A stretch of DNA of 64,000 nt from the human T2T-CHM13v2.0 reference genome, Homo sapiens. The stretch is taken from assembly GCF_009914755.1 (NCBI RefSeq), contig NC_060925.1; one strand, 5' to 3'. The notes below the pieces were generated by a model that had not been told where the DNA came from, ran no database searches, and saw only the letters and a program-made list of their open reading frames with translations. Shown here piece by piece: positions 28,124 through 42,053 of this stretch; the stretch's first letter is position 1, and every line of letters starts with the position of its first letter. Both the position numbers and the translations under genes were made by a program.

Positions 28124-29316
28124 GCCCTTCAGAATCACCACCATCAACTCAGTGCTTATTCAAGAGCCAGGGTGCAACATTGAATGCTGTTGGGCTGAAC
28201 CATCTGCCCCAGAGACCCCAGGTCATGCAGGGCAGTCTCTACTGCATATTCCAAAGGTGTTCCTGGCCAGTCTGTTGCTGCTGATTCAATCACATGATTT
28301 ACCATTTAAACCTCAGACTGGACTGATTTTGAAGGTGCGTGGAGAATTCAGTGGAGGGATCTCCTAAAGAAGTCAGGCTGCCAGGGAGTTCCTAGCCCTT
28401 AGGAGAAAGATACTTGGCAATTCCAGGAGGTTGAAAAGCTCTCCCTCTATCCTTGTTTATGAACTTTCACTCCCACCATTCCCTCACTCCACCTGGAGCA
28501 CTCCTCTCCACCCCCTTTCTCCCTGTGGCCCACTCCAATCTCTTTCAACACCCAGAGCTCACCCTGCCTTCCCTTTTCTTTCCACGTTTACAAACTGGAA
28601 GTGCCGTTGAGTCTTCACTGGACTCTGGACCTCTTGCATGGAATGCTTACTTTCACTCCTGTCTTCCAGCCCTTCCTGAATCCCAGCCTACTGGAGAATG
28701 GGGTTGGAGTCTTCTTCAAGGACCTTTTCTCCCCAGACGCCCTGCAATGCCTGGCAGGGTGCTTTATGTGCAGAAGGGCTACATATCCTGGAAAGTGGGC
28801 TTGAAGCTTCAGGTGGAGCCCTGGAATTGATTGTGCCATTCCAGGAAACTTCCCACAAGCAGCCCAAGACCCTGATTGTCTACAGAAAATCATACAGACA
28901 CCTTAATCCAGAGTTCTTTTTACCTTCAGGACTACTGCCAAGGTGGGCCTCCTGTGGGAGAAAAGGCTTCTGTCAAAATAGCTCCAAGTGTCCTGGTTCC
29001 ACCTGAAACCTCCATTGCCACATTGCAGTGACGGGCCTGTCATTTGCAAAGTGCAGGCCACCAAAACTAGTTTCTGGCAGCAAATTGGCATGTACATATA
29101 ACAGTTAGGTCTAAGGGCTCTGCAGACAGGATATTTATGAGTGGCGCCTTCACCACACTTTAAAGAAAATGGTCTAGTTGAAAAAATGATATAGACACAT
29201 TCTCCCAAAGTTACTGACATTGACAGTCTTTCATGCCACTACTTGCTCTTCCTCCTCTGCTGGGTGTCCCCTCCACTTAGCCTGGCAGACTCCTCAGCCT
29301 TTAAGAACCATTGCAA

Positions 29317-29700
29317 CCATAAAAATAATGAAATCATGTCCTTTGCAGCAACATGGATGCAGCTGCAGGCCATTATCCTACGCGAATTAACGTAGGAACA
29401 GAAAATCAAATACCGCCATTCTCACAAGTGGGAACTAAACATTGCGTACTCATGGATATAAAGATGGGAATAGACACTAGGGACTACTAGAGGGGGCAGA
29501 AAGGGAGGGAGGAGAGAAGGGTTGAACAAACTACTGGGTACTGTTTTCACTACCTGGCTGACAGGATCATTCGTATCCCAAACCTCAGCATCATGCAATA
29601 TGCCCACCATGTAAACAAGCCTACACATGCACCACCCCCCCCCCGAATCTAAAGTAAAGTTGTAATTACAAAATAAATCAATAAATAAGTTAATAAATGA
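29317..29700 (+). mobile_element. L1PA15/16-type LINE 3' end, within an L2 fragment
   Basis: GAAATCATGTCCTTTGCAGCAACATGGATGCAGCTG...CCAAACCTCAGCATCATGCAATAT...AATAAA; degenerate TSD AAGRACCAT. Confidence 0.88.
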
Positions 29701-30454
29701 AAGGACCATCACATTGTTTTTCCTACAAGCAGCCTTCCCTGGTCCCCTCACAAGCACATCCTCTCCCTCAACGCTAGTCAAGGAACTCTTTCCACCAATG
29801 GGTTCCTGCAGCACTTTGTGAGGACTCAGTTAACACACTGTGGGGCTGCTTTTTCTGGCTTTCTTTCTGTGTCGCCACCAGCTTGAGGACAGAACACTGC
29901 TTTACTTCTGTCCCTGCCTCCCTGGGCAGGTTCTGGTGGTAAGGGCTGTTTTGTTTACTTTAAATCACCCCAGGCCTCTCTTGCCAAAGGTCAAGATTCA
30001 GTAGTCATATTCTATTAAAGTACAGACAGGACTTTGGACCAAAGGCAGAGATGTCACAGTGATCAGTGCCCACCAAGAGGACAACACTCCAGGCTCAGAT
30101 GAGTCACAGCCAGCCACGCCTGAGGGCTGTGAGGAGGCAGACCTGGACCACCATGGACCAAAGGTCAGCCTAAAGCGAACTCACTTGCAAAGACAGGCAG
30201 ATGACAAGGTCAAGCAAATGACCGGAAGTGGCTCTAGAGTAGTGGTCCCCAAGGGCCAAGCCATTTTACTATTGCCAAAATGCCCTTTATTTGAATAACT
30301 GCAGGTGACTGCAGTAGGGACAATTGTCTATTTTAATACCAGTCTTTGGAAAAATAGAAAACCGGCCACCCCGTGAAGTGTACAAGACTGAAAGCCCTGC
30401 TGCAGAGGAGGCACTTCTCATCGACTTACCGGCTGCCTCTTCCCACTGCAGTAC

Positions 30455-31145
30455 TGATGAGGGAGGTAGCTAGCCAGGCATGAGCAGGGCAGGAGGGGCT
30501 CTCCCAACACACACACCAGGAATGTCAGACAACCATCAGGTGATGATCAGGTTGTTGTTAACTGTCTCTCTAAAATAATAATTGGGCACAGCCAGCACCA
30601 GGGAAAGGCAGTCTCCCAATAAACAGAAAACACCTGAAGCTGGTGATCAGCTGCTTCCCGATAAGGTTGCAGGGGATTGGGTGAGTGGGCTCAAGCATGC
30701 GCACTAAGAGGCAAAATGGAGGCGTTTAGCTGGCATATGACCTTCCTCTAGGAATGCCAGATTGGTAAGGGAAGAACGCCTCAAGTGAGCATGTGTACAA
30801 CTCCAGTAAACACACTGTGCATGCCCCGCTCTCAAGCACCGTTACTGCGCATGGGAACAGCCCACCCGAACAGCCCACCCCAAGGGAAGAATCAGAGGAG
30901 AAGTAATGCAAGACCCTGGAAGCGTGCCAACATATAAACCCCAAATCAAAGGTCAAACCCTGCACTCGACCTCACAAGTTGCCTGCTTGGCTGTCTTCCA
31001 AGTGTACTTTACTTCCTTTCACTTCTGTTCTAAAACTTGCCTTGGTCTTTTCTTCTGCCTTATGCCCCTCAGTCGAATTTTTTCTTCTGAGGAGGCAAGA
31101 ATGGAGGTTGCTGCAGACCTGCGCAAGTTGCCTCTACTAATGACA
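30455..31145 (+). mobile_element. MER50 (ERV1) solo LTR, copy 2
   Basis: Same blocks as copy 1: CAGGAATGTCAG...CCATCAGGTGATG, GCATGCGCACTAAGAGGCAAAATGG, TTCTTCTGAGGAGGCAAGAA. Confidence 0.85.
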
Positions 31146-32319
31146 TGTCACCAGAGCGTGTGAGCAGGGTGCTGGGCTGGGCTCTGGCCACCCCAAGTGC
31201 TCTAGGACAGCCCCTGCCTGCAAGGACTTACAGCTAAATTGGGACATGGGAACAGATGTAGACCTGTGGGCCCAATATAGGGTGCTGGGTGCCCCTCTGA
31301 AAGTGCGGCCCCAACAACACATCCTCGGGTCAAGGCACACAAGGCCTCTGGGTCCCCACTTCCACTCCACCAGGCAGATTCTACTTTTTTTTTTTTTTTT
31401 AATGTACTGGGGCTCTGCTCATGGTTTATTTTAAAGAAAAGTTTCTGCTGCTTTAAAAAAAAAAATTGAAAACCCTGAAAACTGTCCCTCTGGCCTGAGC
31501 TCATTTCCTGGGTGAGGAAACAGAGGCCCCGAGAAGCCTGAGGACTGTCCAGCATCCCATGGCTGGGTGGCTGGTAGATGGCCAGCCCGGGCAGAGCCTG
31601 GTCTCTCGGTGATTTTCACTGTCTCTCTCCATTTGTGTCATATCTGTGTCCTCTCCATTTGCAGCAGGGACTTACACCTCCTTTTCACCTGCACCAATGC
31701 CAGGATGGAGATTTGCTTATGCCCCTTGGCCCTGCAGGCAGCCCAGCGACTCACAAAGTCTCAGGACCCTACTGCAGGGGTCCCCAACCCCCAGGGCCAC
31801 AGACCTGTGCCAGTCCCCAACCACCCTGGGCATGCCCTGCAGAGGTACCAAGCCCGGGGCTGGAAGGGCGGGGATGAAGATTATGGATGCCATCTGAATC
31901 TTTTCAAATTCAACACATTTTTTTGGACACCAAAGCACTTTTTGTACATTTAAAAAAAATTACTCTAAACACTAAACCTGGAAGTTGTTTTCTGAAGAAG
32001 GTGAGGGGAGAGCACCTCCCCCAGGCAACCTAGATCCCTCGCATGGACAGTTCCCAACACGGAGTCTTGTGGAAGGGAGCGCTCAGTAAGATGTCATTTA
32101 GCTTAAAGACTGTGGATGCCTGAGCATGCCGCGTTTCCCGCAGCCGTGCTTCTTGCTTGGTGCTCAGTCTTGGCAAAGTCATCTCCGGCCCTACGTTCTC
32201 AGGTGTGAACGGTGGAGTCAGGGGTGCTGAGGGTCATGCTCACTCACCATCTACCCTGCACCAGCACCCTCCCCCCTGCACTGGTTTTCTGTGCTCTCGT
32301 TTGGTGTCCCCAAAATCTT

Positions 32320-32440
32320 GAGGCCTGTAGGATTATCACCACTACACAGAAGAGGAAACCGAGGGTTAGAGAGGTGGTCTGAATGTCTAAGAAGGGAGAT
32401 CCAGGATTGGAACCCAGATTTGTACAACTCCAAAGCTCTC
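32320..32440 (-). mobile_element. MIR fragment
   Basis: CAGAAGAGGAAACCGAGG...CCAGGATTGGAACCCAGATT. Confidence 0.55.
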
Positions 32441-33689
32441 TTGTGACCTGTGCCGCCTCCCAAGGGGTGAGCAATCGTGCCTCCCTTTCCTCTGCTCAGC
32501 CACCCTGCAGCTCACACAGCTGCAGTAATGACTGCTCTCGAGAGAGCTGCCCCACCCAGAGGGGTTTAAGGCAGAGAAGAGCGGCCTGCAGCCTAGTTTC
32601 TCTCAGTGTGCCTTACAGCCAAAGCCAAAGACTGAGGCCGACTCCCAGGACAGGGCCGCTACCCTGGCCTCAACACCACAAATGACTGGACGCAGCTGCT
32701 GGCAGAAAAAGCCGCACTCCAGGCATTTAGTACCTAACCGAAGAAATCCAAAGATTCTTATCTGTGCCTTGCTTCTCAACTGCAGAGGTTCTTCCCTTTT
32801 GTCCTAACACACTGGGAGGGAACTCTGCACTGATGACAAGTAACCATGAACGTGATTCCTTTCCCTCCTGCGGTGGTCATCTTCAGCAACTCTAGCGGTG
32901 AAGCCAGCCTGCCTGTCTCTTTCTTTGCTTGTGTTGGGTCATATTACTGAAGAAAGAATAATAGCAACACTGTTACCCGCCTGTGTACCAGTCTTTGTTC
33001 ACGGGAGGTTTTAGGATCTCTATGACACACGCAGGCAGAGCATGCCACCGTCACTTAGGAGGGGAAGCCAGAGGTCTTGGAAGTCACACACTAGCAGGGA
33101 AGAGACCTAGGTTTTCCCATGGCTCACTGCAGCCTCCCTGAACTCTTTTTCCACAGATGCTAGGCTGACACTCCCTTGTCCCCCTCTAGAGCTCTGTGAA
33201 CAGGAAGAGGTTGTCTTCTAGCTGTGTAGAGGCTGGGGGAACAGCCCACAATGCAAGCCACGACTACCTGCTCTGAAGTGGAGGGGCTGTGGAGCAGACA
33301 GCAGACTTCTCCCAGCTGAGCAGAGCTGGGCAAAACAGATCGATCTAAACCGCCCTTAGCGGATGTTCTCATTTCCCTGCTGCCCTAAAAGTGGTGTCCG
33401 CCTGAGGTGAACACTATAAATAACTGTTCACAGGCGGGTTGTTAAGGACTCTATGGCCTGTGTTGGCAGAGACAGATTCCGGGAAGTCAGTGACTTGGTC
33501 ACTTCCTACTTAAAACGCAGGGCACCAAGGAGCCTATTTTGGGCTAAATGCAAAAGCCTGGGAATCAAAGAAGAAACGTTAGAGACCGACCTCTTGCTTT
33601 TAGCCACAGTTTGGAAAAGTTTTTTGTTGTTCTCAATAGTTCGATGGAAAGTGGTAAAAATGCTTTAATTAATTATTAACCTTGGTATT

Positions 33690-33860
33690 TTTCTTCATAG
33701 TTCTCAACATGCTTCACACACCTTTCCTTCTTTGAGCCTCAAAGCAACACTGTGAGTAATCTTATTGTTGTGAACCCATTTTACAGGTGAGAAGACAGAG
33801 GCAATAAACATAAGGGCTGGGCCTCACACCTGGATCTGCTGCTCCCTAGCCCCTAGTTAT
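33690..33860 (-). mobile_element. MIR fragment
   Basis: CCCATTTTACAGGTGAGAAGACAGAGGC core. Confidence 0.55.
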
Positions 33861-34129
33861 TCCTTCGCCTCACACCCAAGGCCATGATCTCACTAAAAAG
33901 AAACACCTTTAAGAGCAGGCACCCCTGCCTGATTCAGTCAGCAGTAAGCCATCAGCAGATCTTGCCCAGTTATAGCCTGGTCCAACTGTTTGTAATAAGC
34001 ATAGTGAGAAGGACAGAATCACAGCTAGGTGGTTGGCAGGTTGAGTTGAGACTGACCACAGGGTGTGTTTGGTTTCTGGATGGGGCTGGGGTCCTTCTGA
34101 GCGTGAGACAATAGATGACACTCAGCCAC

Positions 34130-34428
34130 AGGAGGCTGGGCCCAGCAGGGCCTCCGGCCTCAAAGCAGCGGGGTAGCAGCTCTGAAGTCAGAAGTTGAGG
34201 CTGCAGTCTTGAGGCAGAATTTCTTCTGTGGGACACCTCAGTTTTTGCTCTTAGGGGGATCAACGGAATGAGGCCCATCCACATGATCAGGGGCAATCTC
34301 TTGAAAATCAGCTTATTGTACATGTGACCCACACCACAAATACCTCCACAGCAACGTCCACATTAGTGTTTATTAAATAACCGGGTCCTATAGCCTAGCC
34401 AAGCTGATGCATGAAACTCACCATCACA
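34130..34428 (-). mobile_element. MLT2 (ERVL) LTR fragment
   Basis: GAGGCAGAATTTCTTC...ATGAGGCCCATCCACATGAT...CCTAGCCAAGCTGA...ACCATCACA terminus. Confidence 0.75.
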
Positions 34429-35741
34429 TCCTGTATCCATCTACAGCTTTCTAGGGCACTGTGGTAGCCCAGGTGAGGCGTTGTGCTCTAAACTCAATTC
34501 TCTGGAACAAAACTGCTGGGCCACTTTTTTGTTAGTTCCTGTATCTCTCCTCTGATGTGCACAATTGTGGCTCAGGATTATGAAGTTCCAGAGCAGAGGA
34601 CAGGGAAGGAAAGAGGGAGCAAGTGCCTGGGAGGAGCAGTAGCCGGCTCTGCCACTCAAGTGTGTGCTTTTCCCCCAACCCACACCTGTCACTGAGGCAG
34701 CCGTCCCTGCTAATGGATGTGACTATGAAAGTATCGTATCCCAGTTCATCCAGAGACCAAATGGGGCCGCGTAAAAGAGCCACAGTTTTGCCTAAGTGAG
34801 ATTGCAGCAGACACGAAGGAGAGCCAAGGCACTGGACAAGGACACAGGTCAGGCAGAAGCACAGGAACAAAACTGTTGGTCCCTGGTCGGGGTCCCCCAA
34901 CTTCTCTTGCAAGCAAATCTACATATAAATCCACATTTTCTCATGACTATGGTTCAGTTGATGGTCAGCTTACAAGTAACACCTGGACATGGCAGTTTAG
35001 GGAGAGAAGGTTAGGAGGCCTAATCCTGTGATTTCTGGAGAAAAATGTTCTGTTGGAGGGGAACCCAATGTGCAGCCTCATGATAGAGTCCTGGGGAGAT
35101 GGTTGATTTGTTAGATTCAGCCCCCAGAGGCTTGCCTTGGAGTCTCTCAGGGCTGACAGGACTAAGGGGGTCGCTAGTCAAGACAGGCCAGGGCACAGGC
35201 TCCTGGTGACGCATCTGTACTGGGTCTGCATTCTGAAAACAGCCTTGCTGGCCACTGGGCCATATGGACCTTGAGAGGGTCCCAAAGTCCATGAAATGGG
35301 GGGCATGGTGGAGATGGGAAGGCTGCATCCCTCGTCCCACTGGGTCCCCTGAGCCTCAGCGCCCTCCCTCCCTTGCTGGGGACAGCACTCTGTGGCTGCT
35401 GCTGGGCAGGGTGGGGCTTTGTCACCTGCTGAGTCCCCTCCATTGTCTCAGCGGACTCTGAGACTTTTCTTCAGGCTGGGCTTTTTCTGACTACTGGGGT
35501 GGTGGGGAGCAAGGTTGCTGTGCTACCTCATCCTATTGCCGACCCCCAGCGGGCCTCCCCTCTTTACCCAAGAGATAGCTTTTCCCTCATATCCCCACAA
35601 AATGCACACCTCTGCACTTTGAGGAGAATTCCAATGTGAGGTATGAGCTACAGGGTTGGAGGGCGTAATCTCAACTCCGTTACTGCAACTGTCCCCATAG
35701 TGTTGACAAATTGTATGCCGGGTTCTGGACAGAAATATCAT

Positions 35742-36215
35742 TGTAATGAAGCATTACTCAGCGTGCACTTCTGCCCACTTCCTTGTTGCTGAAAGCCGTG
35801 CAGCACTGGATTCTGACCACTTACATCCCCGTTGTTCCTATAGACAGGATTTCTGGCATTAGGGTCCTAAGGCTGCTTAAGAATTAATTTGCATCTGCAT
35901 TGTTCCCATAGACAGGATCTCTGACATAAAGATCACTTAATATGCTTTTCAGAACAGTGGATCAGAGTGAGAATACAGCTTCTTCATCTCGCCCTGCCCC
36001 AGGACTTCACCCTGCACTCATCAACCAATCAAGGATCTCCACACCTTGGCCCACTTCAAAACCTTTAAAAACTCTTACCCTAAACTCCTCAGGAAAATGG
36101 ATTTGGGGTTCCTTCCCATCTCATTTGGTGACCCTACCTCTTTCTCTGCTGCAACCCAGTGTCTGGGCATATTGACTGGCTGTGTGCATTGGGCAATGAA
36201 CCTATTTGTTAGGAT
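35742..36215 (+). mobile_element. ERV1 (MER4-group) solo LTR, subfamily uncertain
   Basis: TGTAA start; duplicated TTGTTCCYATAGACAGGAT block; CCAATC and TTTAAAAAC promoter-like elements; U5-like CTCTTTCTCTGCTGCAACCC...CATTGGGCAATGAACC. Confidence 0.65.
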
Positions 36216-36369
36216 GATGACAATGAATTCCTTCCCCATCTTGCTTGGGAAATATTCACACTTGTTTGGGGTGCACTTGAACCCTTGCCCACCAGTATGG
36301 ATGAGACAATAAATTGTGCAGAAAAATGGCAACCAATATGGGAAAACCTAATTAGAATTAATGACAACA

Positions 36370-36575
36370 TTCTTGGGTAATAACAATTGTGTTCATTAGG
36401 TTTGGTGCTGTTTTACATGCATTATTTCTTGTACTTCTCCCAGTACCCCTTATGAGATAAGAACTATCACCATCCTCATTCTTCCAAAAGAGGAAGCTGG
36501 GGCTTAGTGGTGTAAATACTTTGCCTGCCAGTGGCAGAGCCAAATGCCAGGGCAGACTTCAGAGCCTCGAGTACC
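36370..36575 (-). mobile_element. MIR SINE
   Basis: CCCTTATGAGATAAGAACTATCACCATCCTCATT...AGAGGAAGCTGGGGCTTAG...GTGGCAGAGCC. Confidence 0.6.
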
Positions 36576-36759
36576 TGTTGTTTTTGTTTTTGTTTTTTTT
36601 TTTAACTGCAGGTCAAGTTTCTTTCTAGGTAATCTTATTTCCTTATTTTGGGTCAGAGAATCAGAGATTTGTTCTTATGTGTGGATGTCTTTATACATGC
36701 TCCTGATCCAAGGGAGAGGAGGTGTTGAGCCCTGTGGCTGTAGTTGAGAAGGGCAATTC

Positions 36760-37526
<767 letters not shown>

Positions 37527-37663
37527 ATTCTATCCCTCATCTCTTTTCTCTCTGTACCTGTGGGTGCTGGGGAAATGCCAAAACATGGTCAATGAGACCT
37601 TAAGGAATTAAGGATGCAAAATAGAACTGCAAGAGCCTTTGTGGTCACTGGGGACGGTCCCAT

Positions 37664-38508
37664 TGATAGGGACAGGAGGCAGTGAAATTCTGGGCAGAAA
37701 AGGGTGGGTCCCCAGCGAGGGCTCCACCCTGAAGCCAAAAAGCCTAATACTGCAGCCCAAAGTGAGAACATACATCCCTGATTTCCCGTTCCAATGTTGC
37801 CTTTTCCAAAACCACCCATGGCCCACCTCACCCCCTATCCTGTGCCTATAAAAACCCCAGAACTCAGCTGGCAGAGAGGAGAAGCAGCTGGATATCAGAG
37901 ACTACGGTCAAACGTGGGAGAGAAGTGGCTTGGCTTCAGAAGGACAGCTTGACAGCTTATCTTCGGAGTGGAGTCTGGCCAGGCATGGCTGGACTCCAGA
38001 GGAAGATCACCTTCCTGCCCCATCTGCTTTCTAGCTCCCCTTCCCACCGAGAGCCACTTTCATTGGCAATAAAATCCCCTGCATTTACCATCTTCAAGTT
38101 GTTCATGTGACCTCATTCTTCCTGAATGCCAGACAAGAACTCGGGTGCCATGAGTTGGGGTGCAAAAGGCTGTCACACTGACCTTCCATTGAGCTGTTAA
38201 CACTTATGCTGTCCATGGATGGCAAAGCTAAAAGGGCACTGTAACCCCCCTACTGGGGCTTCAGGGTTGCAGTCACCCCTTAGATGTTGCCGTGGGGTTG
38301 CACAAAGTTTTGCTCCTGCCGGTGCCCAAAAGCGCTCACCCTGGCTCCTGCACCTGCTCACCTGTACTCCCCCTCCCACAAGGGGTGGAAGGCAGCAGGA
38401 CCAAGCCAATACAGTCTGCCCCTGCTGGCACCAAAGTGGCTGGCTAGTTCTAGTGCCCATGCACTCTAGTTCCTGCCTGTGAAAGGGTCAGGAAAATATC
38501 CTGCCTCA
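37664..38508 (+). mobile_element. LTR28/LTR1-group (ERV1) solo LTR
   Basis: TGATAGGGACAGGAGGCAG...CCTATAAAAACCCC...GGCAATAAAATCCC...CCTGCCTCA; TSD CCAT/CCGT (CpG decay). Confidence 0.8.
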
Positions 38509-39792
38509 CCGTCAAGGCAGATGTGATGTAAGCAGTTAAGTGACTAAGTAAGGATTTGCTAAATACCAATCAGGCTAGAAAAATAAAGTCCTATTGCAGG
38601 GAGGGGTCCCCTGATGCTTTGTCTGCGTGGCAGAAGGGAAGTCAGGGGTTTAGGTAATGGATGAGATCCTGTGACATCTTAACTGGACCACTAGGAAAGA
38701 AACCCCAACATCAGTGGTTGAAACTGTGTTCAAAACACACAGACAAGGTTTGGGAAGCAGAATTAGAGTGTCCCCAGTCTGGAGTGATTTTCTTAGAAAG
38801 CAATTGCTTATGTAGATTGATGTGAGAACCTGGGCTCATGATACTTGTCCAGGAAGTGGAATTCACCATGTTAGTAGTTCTTTTCCTGCAAGGTTGATGC
38901 CAAGGCATACCTACATGGCTGCCCTCATAGGGAATTTAGAGTAGGAGCTTGGTTTTGAAGGATGGCCCGCTTCTCCTACTTGAGCAACTCATATTTTAGA
39001 ATATAGTGAAAATTCATAATTTGAAAAAAAATTTAGACTCTTCCCTAAATTCACTGTGTCTTTCTGGAGTGTAGGCCAAGTTGAATGCAAACAGGGCTGC
39101 CGTAATTTCCCAGCTGCAGTTCCCAAAACTAGACTGTGGCTGCTTTGCAAGAATGACAACAATATGACTGGGGAGGAAGAGCACTCTCAGCCTCTGCTCC
39201 CTAGAGCCAAGTGACTGACTGCTTTCCAGCAGGAACAGTGCTGCCACTTCTCCCAGGACAAGCCCATTATTTTTAATGCTGGATTAATACATAATGATGA
39301 GTGGTACTTAACATGTTAATGGGTCATTAATTATTGCTGAAACTCTAATGAATTCTAGAGGTGGGGGACAAATAGCAAAGCACACAGATTTGGAGTGAAT
39401 ACCCTCCCAATTACCAAGATCATAGTGAATATGACATAAGTAGAAAATGATAGGATACTTAAAATTATATATCACCAACTGCATTTGTGAGACTTATGTC
39501 CTGCTTTTCCTACCATTCTCTGAGAGGAGACTTGAGGGCTAAACAGGGACAATGTAGCTATGCAACTGGGAGAAAAACCTCATTCTCCTGTATTATCTGC
39601 TCTAGACCCTGCAAATAGGCCAATGTGAATGTACAAGAGATTAAAGTATATTTCTACAAAGCAGCATTCCCTTAGGGAACCCAGTGAAAGCACACAAAGG
39701 ATGTTTTGACTTTGCTCTTGCATTTTGATTCTTTTTTCCCCTAAGTGCAATATGACTAAGCAGGGTCAAATAGAGGTGACAATAGACGTTAC

Positions 39793-40154
39793 TGTATGTT
39801 AGCAAGCACTCTGGTTCCCCTCACTTCAGACACTTACCACTGCACTCCCTAGTCACCCCTTTGAAGCCAGACCGTGCGACTTGCTTTGGCCAATACATTG
39901 TGTGATGTGTGTCACTTCTAGGCTGAAGCTTTATGAACAGCATGAGATTCGCGGCATCCCTTTTCTGCCTTGGCAATCATGGATGTGTGTGTTGAGATGG
40001 AGCCTTCATCATCTTCAGTCCCTGAGTTGTGATAATGAACAGAGACCTTCTCCCAACCCATATTGGAGCAAGAATGAGATATAACATTTTATAGTGTTAA
40101 GCCACTGAGATTTTGGGGGCATTTTTGTTCCAACAGCCCATTTTGACCAATACA
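39793..40154 (+). mobile_element. MLT1J/K-type LTR
   Basis: GACTTGCTTTGGCCAAT...TGTGTCACTTCTAGGC...GTTAAGCCACTGAGATTTTGGGG...ACCAATACA. Confidence 0.7.
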
Positions 40155-40227
40155 ACTTCAGAAACAATGGCCCTGGGTAAGTCAGAGGCATGGAACCCTC
40201 CCCAATGCTTGGTGATTTTGCTAACAG

Positions 40228-41153
40228 TGGGTTGGTGGTTTTAATATATGTCCCAAATTCTTTGACAGCATGCCTTCTTTCAAGGGAGAGCTTAATTTTT
40301 CTCCTCTTGAGTACAAGCTGAACTTGGTGACTTGCTTCTAATGAATAGAACAAGGCTAATGCTATGTGTCTTAGTCCATTTTGTGTTGCTATAAAGGAAT
40401 ACCTGACACTGGGTAATTTATAAACAAAGAGATTTATTTGGCTCACAGTTCTGCAGATTGTACAAGAAGCATGGCACCAGCATCTGCTTCTGGTGAAGGC
40501 CTCAGGCTGCTGCCACTCATGGTGGAAAGCAAAGGGGAGCTGTTGTATGCAAATATCATATGGTAAGACAAGAAGCAAGAGAGCAAGGTGGGAGATGACA
40601 GGCTCTTCTTAACAACCAGCTCTGGGGGAGAGGGGAGACTAACAAAAGCCAGAATTCATTCACCTCTCCCTCCCCTCCAGCCAGGGAGGACATTAATCTA
40701 TTCATGGGAGATCCACCCCTGTGACTCAAACACCTCCCATTAGGCCCCGCCTCCAACATTGGGAATTAAATTTCAACATGAGGTTTGGGGAACAAATATC
40801 CAAACTATAGCAGCATGGCATTAGATGGCTGAGGCTACCCGATAAACACGCTTTGGGATTCCTCCTCACCCTCTCTCTGGAGAAAGCCTCTGACATATCA
40901 TGGTGACACTCAAACAAACTGGAGAGCTCAAGAGGTGAGGAAGCGAGGCCTCCAGGGAACTTCGTGGCGACACATCATCTTGGAAATGGATCCTCCAACT
41001 CTGGCCTACATCTTGTCTACAACCTCATGAGAGACCCTGAGCTAAGTCATTTTTGAACTCCTGACCGAAAGACATTGTGAGATAATAAACTGTCGTTGTG
41101 TATATCACCAAGTATTGGGATAATTTGTCTTATAGCAATATATAACTAACACA
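40228..41153 (+). mobile_element. MLT1F-type LTR, split by MSTB
   Basis: GTCCCAAATTCTTTGACA...GTGACTTGCTTCTAATGAATAGAA before and CTCATGAGAGACCCTGAGC...GAGATAATAAA...AACTAACACA after. Confidence 0.7.
40367..40812 (-). mobile_element. MSTB-type solo LTR
   Basis: TGTCTTAGTCCATTTTGTGTTGCTATAAAGGAATACCTGA...CCAAACTATAGCA. Confidence 0.85.
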
Positions 41154-41579
41154 ATGGAAAAGGAATTAGATCCAGAAGTTTCGAAATTAAAAAGGTTACT
41201 TCTAGTGGTGCTGCCATTGCATTTTACCTTGCTAGTGGAAGTCTTTAGACCTCTTTCCCTATAATCTCCAATACTTCCCAAAGCTAACCCAAATAAACAT
41301 GAGATATCAGTTTTAAAAAATCAGTGGACTCACTATGAAACAATAAATTCAAGATAAATTCCTGAATACGCTTTCCCAACCAAAGTTATTACCCTAAATC
41401 TCTCCTTGACAGAAATTCCAAAATTATTACCAATAACTTCAAAAATTACAGTTCCCAAATAGTGAGGAGACTGTTGCTAGCCCTTTGTCTTTATCTCAAT
41501 AGGAGAAAGATTTTTAAATGCAGTGGATGTTGTGGACCATGAGAAGATTATCTTCTATAACAAAAATATATGTATGTAT

Positions 41580-41807
41580 AATTTCTATTCATCATTTGTT
41601 AAGCTCCAGTGAAATGCAAAATACTTTTTCAAGCAAATAGCAAGTCTCAGTAAATACCTGCTATAAGCTCAAGATCAGAGCGGAGGAGACCCAAATGTGA
41701 TATAAGCTCAGTTCTCACCTTCTAGGAGCTTAACATTTAGCTGGCGAGATCAGACATGCATGAAACAAATTGGAAAAATACAAAATGAAATTTAAGTGGT
41801 AATGGAA
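41580..41807 (-). mobile_element. L2 fragment
   Basis: AAATACCTGCTA...CTTCTAGGAGCTTAACATTTAGCTGG. Confidence 0.45.
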
Positions 41808-42053
41808 TGTAGGGAAGAAAAAATAATTTCCTCTCTACTCTTTATAGTTCTTAGTTAGGATGGACCCCTGTAACAACAGATAGCCTAACGAGGGAAAAAC
41901 AAATACAACTTTATTAACACATATAGCTCATGTATGCATGGGAGCTACCCAGAGAAAAAGAGTAAATCACAAAGAGGTGGCTGTGAGTTCAGGTTTAAAT
42001 ATGATTTTCAACTGAAACAAAGAAAGAAGGTGCCATGGTTTGAATGGCCACTC

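Noticed and set aside
19751-31145. A provirus bounded by MER50 copies 1 and 2
   Set aside because: The interval is ordinary L2, L1, MLT and unique DNA; the L2 continues across copy 1, and there is no PBS.
40015-40578. Longest ORF (187 aa, minus strand)
   Set aside because: It runs across MSTB, MLT1F and MLT1J LTR sequence; a chance ORF.
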